Positions 23,046 through 28,248 of a stretch of DNA of 28,248 nt are shown piece after piece. Positions within the stretch are counted from its first letter, which is position 1. Every line of letters begins with the position of its first letter. Source of the DNA: a virus (lineage: Duplodnaviria; Caudoviricetes). The DNA is taken from positions 1 to 28,248 of IMG/VR virus record IMGVR_UViG_3300044924_000016. One strand, given 5' to 3'. Both the position numbers and the translations under genes were made by a program. The notes below the pieces were generated by a model. The model was not told the DNA's origin. It worked only from the letters and a program-made list of their open reading frames with translations, and did not search any database.

Positions 23046-25778
23046 GTGTCTGGGAAGCAGGTCACCGAACTCGAGGCCCTGTTCACCGCGAACACCGGGC
23101 AGCTGGATGCGGCGTTCAAGAAGGTCCGCTCCGATGCTGAGAAGGTCGAGAAGAAGCCGGTCCAGGCGAAGGTCGGTGCCGACGTCAAGGGTGCGCTGGC
23201 CGGTATGGACCGGGTTGAGGCCGAAGCGAAGAAGATCGTTTCGGCGAAGACGATCGCGACCGTCGACGCGAACATCGAACGCGCGCAGAAGAACCTCGAC
23301 CGGACCCAGGAGCGTCTCGACTACCTCCGGTCTGTGGAGACCGATCTGGAGGTCACGGCCGACATCCGCCGCGCGGAGGCGGCTCTGCAGCGCGTCGAGC
23401 GGCAGCGTGATGCGCTGGTGTCGGCGCGCACCAAGATGGAAGTCGACGCTGACACCAGCAGCGCTGAGGAGTCCCTCGCTGACGTGAAGGGCGCCGCGGG
23501 CAAGGCCGGTCAGGATGCCGGCGACGAGTTCGGCGGGAAGATCATCGCCGCGCTCGCGACGATCCCGATCGCCGGCGCCGTGATCGGGATCGGCGCAGCC
23601 GCCGCGAAGGGACTCGTCGACGCCTTCAACGACGGCCTCTCCCAAGAAGCCGGCCGCGACCGTCTGCAGGGCCTGACCGGCATTGACGAGGCCGCCGCAC
23701 GGCGACTCGCCGCCGCTGCCGGTGAGGCCTACGCGGACAATTTTGGCGAGTCCATCGAAGCGAACATGGACGCCACCCGGCTCGGGCTGCAGTTCCGGCT
23801 GATCGACCCGAAGGCCACGACGCGGGATGCGCAGCAGGTCGTCGAGGGCCTCGCCGGCATCGCCGACGTCCTCGGCGAGGATGTCCAGCCCGTCGCGGCC
23901 GCGGTCGCCACGATGCTGCGGACCGGCGTCGCGAAGAACAGCCAGCACGCGTTCGACCTGATCGCAGCCGGCGCCCGGCAGGGCCTGAACCGCAACGAGG
24001 ACCTCCTCGACACCCTGACGGAGTACCCGGCGTTGTTCCAGCGCCTCGGGCTCTCCGGTGACCACGCCCTCGGGCTCATCTCGCAAGGCATGCAGGCCGG
24101 CGCGAGGAACGGGGATCTGGCCGCGGACGCCCTCAAGGAGTTCCAGATCAGGGCCACCGACGGCTCGAAGTCATCGGCTGAGGGGTTTAAGGCGCTCGGC
24201 CTTGACGCCGAGAAGATGACCAAGCAGATCGCCGCCGGCGGCGACGGCGCCAGCAAGGGTTTCGGCAAGGTCCTCGACAGGCTCCGCGCCATCGAGGATC
24301 CGGTCAAGCGGAACGCGGCCGCGGTCGCGCTGTTCGGCACGCAGGCCGAGGATCTCGGCGAGGCTCTGTTCGCGATGGATCTGTCGACCGCCGTCGACGA
24401 ACTCGACGGCGTGACCGGGGCCGCACAGCGCATGTTCGACACCCTCGCCAGCAACGACAAGGCGAAGGTTGACACCGCGTTCCGGAACCTTGAGGTCGCC
24501 GCCGACAGCCTCAAGGGCGCCCTGGCCGTCGCGTTCTCCGAGCCGCTCGGCGACGCCGCGGACTGGGTGTCCTCGAACCGCGGCCCGATGCTTCGGTTCT
24601 TCGTCGACCTGGTCAACGGCGCGATCGACTTCGCACAGGCCGCGAACACAGGCGTCGGGGACTTCGTGTCGGGTCCGCTGGCCGAGATGATTGATGGTCT
24701 CGCGACCGCGATCGACTGGATGAACGGGCTCGGGGAACGCCCGAAGGAACTCGACGATCTAGCCAACAGCATGCGTGGCTTCTCAGGTACGACTGAGCAG
24801 GCCAACGCGAAGCTCGAGCAGATGCGAGGCGAGTTCAATGAGTTCGCAGACGCTCAGGTCGCTCTCGGTCTCGTCCACGACGCGGCCATGGCCACGGCGG
24901 ACGCCGTCGGCCAGGTCGGGGTCGCGAGCGACGGCACAGCTACCTCGGGCGAGGCGCTCGCCGGCCAAGTCCGCGCTGCGATCGAGGCGCTCGAGGCCGA
25001 GATCGCCGCAGCCGATGCTGCCGGGGAATCCCAGGACGCCCTCGCGAGTCGCTACACCACCACCCGGTCGGCCCTGATGGATCAGCTAACCGCGATGGAC
25101 CTGACGAAGGCTGAGGCCGCGGCGCTGGTCGATACCTTCGGCCAGATCCCGGGCGAGAAGTCGACCGAGATCTCCGCGCCGGGCGTCACCTCCTCGCGGC
25201 AGTACGTCGAGGAGCTCGACAAAGCGATCGAGAAACTGCCGAAGAAGAAGCGCTCGGAGGTGCGGGCCGCGCTCAAGGACGGCGACATCCCGACCGTGCT
25301 GGCCGAACTCGGCAAGGTACCGAAGACGAAGATCGTCACCGTCACCGCGAAGCTGTCCGGCTCCGCGGACGGCTTCGCGCTCCTCCGCGGAGACAGTATC
25401 CGGAAGCAGGCTGACGGTGCCGTCCTCGAGTACATGGCCCGTGGTGGTTTGACGTCGATGCAGCCGCTGGCTCAGATGGTGCCACCGTCCACGTGGCGCG
25501 TCGTCGGCGACCGCAGCGACGTCCCCGAGCTGTACGCGCCGCTCGACGGGTCCGCGCGCTCGTGGGCCCTGATCCTCGAGGGGCTGCGACGGATGCCCGG
25601 ATCGCCGCCTCAGCTGATGGCCGACGGGGGGCTCACCGGTCCCCTGCCCGCGTCGTCGCCCCAAGTAGCCGCGCCGATCACCTTCAACGCCTACGGCGTG
25701 GACGCGGCCGAGCTCGCTGCACGTCAGCAAGCCCAACTCGAGCACTACCGCCACGACCTCGCAGTCCCAAGGAGGTGA
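23046..25778 (+). CDS. Tape measure protein
   Basis: 910-aa Ala-rich helical protein; LLDTLTEY, ADALKEFQIR, ALFGTQAEDLG; C-terminal MARGG/MADGG motifs; SD GGAGGT. Confidence 0.95.
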   Translation: MSGKQVTELEALFTANTGQLDAAFKKVRSDAEKVEKKPVQAKVGADVKGALAGMDRVEAEAKKIVSAKTIATVDANIERAQKNLDRTQERLDYLRSVETDLEVTADIRRAEAALQRVERQRDALVSARTKMEVDADTSSAEESLADVKGAAGKAGQDAGDEFGGKIIAALATIPIAGAVIGIGAAAAKGLVDAFNDGLSQEAGRDRLQGLTGIDEAAARRLAAAAGEAYADNFGESIEANMDATRLGLQFRLIDPKATTRDAQQVVEGLAGIADVLGEDVQPVAAAVATMLRTGVAKNSQHAFDLIAAGARQGLNRNEDLLDTLTEYPALFQRLGLSGDHALGLISQGMQAGARNGDLAADALKEFQIRATDGSKSSAEGFKALGLDAEKMTKQIAAGGDGASKGFGKVLDRLRAIEDPVKRNAAAVALFGTQAEDLGEALFAMDLSTAVDELDGVTGAAQRMFDTLASNDKAKVDTAFRNLEVAADSLKGALAVAFSEPLGDAADWVSSNRGPMLRFFVDLVNGAIDFAQAANTGVGDFVSGPLAEMIDGLATAIDWMNGLGERPKELDDLANSMRGFSGTTEQANAKLEQMRGEFNEFADAQVALGLVHDAAMATADAVGQVGVASDGTATSGEALAGQVRAAIEALEAEIAAADAAGESQDALASRYTTTRSALMDQLTAMDLTKAEAAALVDTFGQIPGEKSTEISAPGVTSSRQYVEELDKAIEKLPKKKRSEVRAALKDGDIPTVLAELGKVPKTKIVTVTAKLSGSADGFALLRGDSIRKQADGAVLEYMARGGLTSMQPLAQMVPPSTWRVVGDRSDVPELYAPLDGSARSWALILEGLRRMPGSPPQLMADGGLTGPLPASSPQVAAPITFNAYGVDAAELAARQQAQLEHYRHDLAVPRR

Positions 25779-25784
25779 CCTGTC

Positions 25785-26606
25785 GTGACCAGCCCTGGAT
25801 GGAACCCCAGCATCCTCTGGCCCGCCACCTCCCCGGGCTGGACCGAGCCCGACGGCAGCCTCGAGATCCGTCTCGGGGACCTCGTCATCAGGTCAGGGCA
25901 CGTCGATCCGCCCCGTCACGGCGCACGCTGGGTCCTGCGCCGTGACGGGCTACGGGGCTGGCGCACGGCCGCCACGGATCGCTCGTCGACGAGGCAGCAC
26001 CCGAGCGGCGACGGCAACATCGTGGGCCCGCCCGACGTCGAGGCCCGTCAGTTGGCCGTCAGCGCCGTGCTCCTGGGCGCCTCGGCCGTCGACGTCGAAG
26101 ACGCGCTCGATGCGCTGTCACGCCTGCGCCGCACCCTGCTCCAGGTCGCACCCCTCGATTCCCCTCTACGCGAGTCCGACGTGCGGATCACCAGCGTGCT
26201 GGAAACCCCCGCGAGCCCCGAGATCACCAACGTGACCATCACGATCGTCGCCGACGATCCGCTGCGCTACTCGGCGCAGTGGCAGACCATCGCGAACGGG
26301 TCGAACACCGTGATCAACCGCGGCGGCGCTACGGCGTGGCCGGTGATCGAGCTCGTCGGCCCGCACCCCGGTGCCACGATCGCCCATCCGGGCGGGGTGT
26401 GGGTGATGCCGGCCCTCGCGGCCGGTGTTGTGCGGACCATCGATTGCCGTGGCGGCGCCGTCAGGAACAGCGCCGGCGGCCGGCTCTGGTCACAGCTCGC
26501 CAGCACAGGCCCGTGGCCGCGAGTTCCCCCCGGGGGCACTGTCTGGACAGTCAGCGGCCTCGGAGCGGGAACGGCACGCGCGAAACGGCTGGAGGCGTGG
26601 GCATGA
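25785..26606 (+). CDS. Distal tail (Dit-like) minor tail protein
   Basis: Directly after the tape measure; ADDPLRYS, NRGGATAWPVIELVGP; ends AWA. Confidence 0.8.
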   Translation: MTSPGWNPSILWPATSPGWTEPDGSLEIRLGDLVIRSGHVDPPRHGARWVLRRDGLRGWRTAATDRSSTRQHPSGDGNIVGPPDVEARQLAVSAVLLGASAVDVEDALDALSRLRRTLLQVAPLDSPLRESDVRITSVLETPASPEITNVTITIVADDPLRYSAQWQTIANGSNTVINRGGATAWPVIELVGPHPGATIAHPGGVWVMPALAAGVVRTIDCRGGAVRNSAGGRLWSQLASTGPWPRVPPGGTVWTVSGLGAGTARAKRLEAWA

Positions 26607-27694
26607 GACTGCGGTACTGGGCATCGGTCGTGCGATCCGGGACAGAGATCCTCGGCGAGCTGCCGATGACCGGCGACGTGTCGTTCTCGCACCGGTTCGG
26701 CGGCGGCACGTTCTCGGGATCGGTGTGGCTGGGCGACACCCTCGACGACGGCACACCCAACTGGTCCTGGCTGGACGCGCTGGAAAACCTCACCCGCCCC
26801 GGGATGCGAACCATCGTGGTGACCGACGACGCCCAACACGTCCTCGGTGAGTGGATCGTGACGCAGCGCCAGACCTCCACCGACGAACCCGCCTTCGCGC
26901 TGTCGGGGATCCAGTGGGAGACCTACCCATCGTGGAGGTCCCTGAACGCGCGATACAACTACAAGAGCGTCCAGCAGCTGCAGATCGCGCACGACCTGCT
27001 CGCCGGCGCCTACAACGGACTGCCGATCACCGTGCCCACGCCGACGTCGACAGTGAAACGCACCGTCGAATGGCGTAGCCGATCGGGATACTTCGCGGAC
27101 GCGATTGCAGATATCGCCGACGCGGAGAATGGTTTCGAGTGGCTCGTCGACATCTCAGGCGTCTGGGACGGTGATCAGCTCGTCGGCGTCAACCGCGACG
27201 TCGTGTTCGGTGAGCCAGTCCTTGCGCGGGCGTCGTCGGTGGTGTGCGAGGCAGGCGAGCCAGGCACCCGTCACGGCAATGCGACCATCTCGGGCGGGGA
27301 AGATTTCGCGCGGCACGCGATGGCGATCGGCGGCGGCGCCGTCGGCAAGGGCGACAAGCAGCTCTGGTCCGAGGCGGTCGACTGGTCCGGCCTCACCGCC
27401 GGTTATCTCACGACGTCGCGACACACCTCGTATCCGGGCACGATCTCACAATCCGTCCTCGACTCCCTCGTCCGCGCCGAACTCGCGGCCGCGCAGTCCA
27501 TCCGCGACCCATGGGAGGTCACCGCGCGGATCGACGATCTGGCCGAACTCCCACGGGTTGGGCACCAGGTTCGGCTCGTCAGCCCACGGTCGTGGGGGTT
27601 CCCGTCCGGGATCGACGCGACCCTGCGCGTCGGTGAGGTCGCCTGGCGTGCTGACGGGCACACCGTCACCACCGTCGACCTCAAAGCCGCCTAA
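26603..27694 (+). CDS. Minor tail protein (baseplate hub/Tal-like)
   Basis: ATGA overlap; ILGELP, ENGFEW, G..VRL pattern of actinophage hub proteins. Confidence 0.75.
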   Translation: MRLRYWASVVRSGTEILGELPMTGDVSFSHRFGGGTFSGSVWLGDTLDDGTPNWSWLDALENLTRPGMRTIVVTDDAQHVLGEWIVTQRQTSTDEPAFALSGIQWETYPSWRSLNARYNYKSVQQLQIAHDLLAGAYNGLPITVPTPTSTVKRTVEWRSRSGYFADAIADIADAENGFEWLVDISGVWDGDQLVGVNRDVVFGEPVLARASSVVCEAGEPGTRHGNATISGGEDFARHAMAIGGGAVGKGDKQLWSEAVDWSGLTAGYLTTSRHTSYPGTISQSVLDSLVRAELAAAQSIRDPWEVTARIDDLAELPRVGHQVRLVSPRSWGFPSGIDATLRVGEVAWRADGHTVTTVDLKAA

Positions 27695-27717
27695 CCAGAG
27701 CAAGAGAAGGGGTCAGC

Positions 27718-28248
27718 ATGCCGTTTCCGTTCAAACGCGACCCCCGGCAGGACCTCGAGGATCTGTGGCGGGTCGAGCGACGGGACCGCGGCGCCCGCGA
27801 TGTCGGGCTCTCATCGGTCACCGCTGGCGAGGGCTCCCTCGAGCTGCGCACCGCCGGCGGGGATGCCGTCGCCCACCTCGGCGACCTGCCCGGCGACGAC
27901 TTCGGCATCGGCATCCCCGACGGCGGCCCGATCGTCACGATCCAGCAGTACATCGCCTCCCGAATCTCGGCACTCCAGAGCACGCTGGCGGACCTCGCGG
28001 CAGCGCTCGAGACGGTCCAAGGGGAGCTATCCGGTCTCGCGGCGGACCTCGGGGAGCTCCAAAGCGGGGCAGCCTCCCAGGCCAGCCTCATCCAGAACCT
28101 CCGCGACCGGATCGAGATCGCAGAAGAAGCGCTCGTCGACCACAACGCCGCGCTCGGGAACCACGCAGCGCGGATCGGGTCCCTGGAAAGCTCCGACCTC
28201 CTCAACCAGGCCCAAATCCAGGTCCTGCGAACCTTCCTCAACCAGAAG
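27718..28248 (+). CDS. Minor tail protein with coiled coil, 3'-truncated by the window
   Basis: ATG 27718 after AGAAGGGG; open to the window end (MPFPFKRDPRQDLEDLWRVERR...heptad-rich). Missing from the ORF track because it has no stop. Confidence 0.75.
   Translation, partial: MPFPFKRDPRQDLEDLWRVERRDRGARDVGLSSVTAGEGSLELRTAGGDAVAHLGDLPGDDFGIGIPDGGPIVTIQQYIASRISALQSTLADLAAALETVQGELSGLAADLGELQSGAASQASLIQNLRDRIEIAEEALVDHNAALGNHAARIGSLESSDLLNQAQIQVLRTFLNQK

Noticed and set aside
1-28248. Diversity-generating retroelement, retron, integrase/att, IS element or tRNA
   Set aside because: No reverse transcriptase, recombinase or transposase motifs, template/variable repeat pair or cloverleaf noticed by eye; dedicated scans were not run.

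Overview
High-GC, actinobacterial-type temperate siphovirus DNA (prophage or circular assembly). Nearly all genes are on the + strand and coupled by ATGA/GTGA overlaps. Left half (1-12467), early and replication genes: a 9-aa-repeat protein, small Zn-finger ORFs, RuvC-like resolvase, SMC/RecF-like ATPase, PD-(D/E)XK exonuclease, SSB-like protein, a YfdP/YfdQ(DUF2303)-like pair, a stand-alone Prim-Pol, a C5 DNA methyltransferase, one antisense membrane-protein gene, a PriCT-helicase carrying an iteron-like cluster, and a Zn-ribbon/HTH regulator. An accessory two-gene cassette (63-aa peptide plus SDH-type Clp-fold serine protease) with its own upstream signals lies before the late operon. Right half (13692-28248): HNH, candidate cos, TerS, TerL, portal, ClpP protease-scaffold, decoration protein, major capsid, head-tail joining genes, Ig-domain major tail, tail chaperone with -1 frameshift, tape measure and minor tail genes. 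No integrase, lysin, RNA gene or CRISPR array is visible. All family calls come from motif recognition by eye, not database searches.
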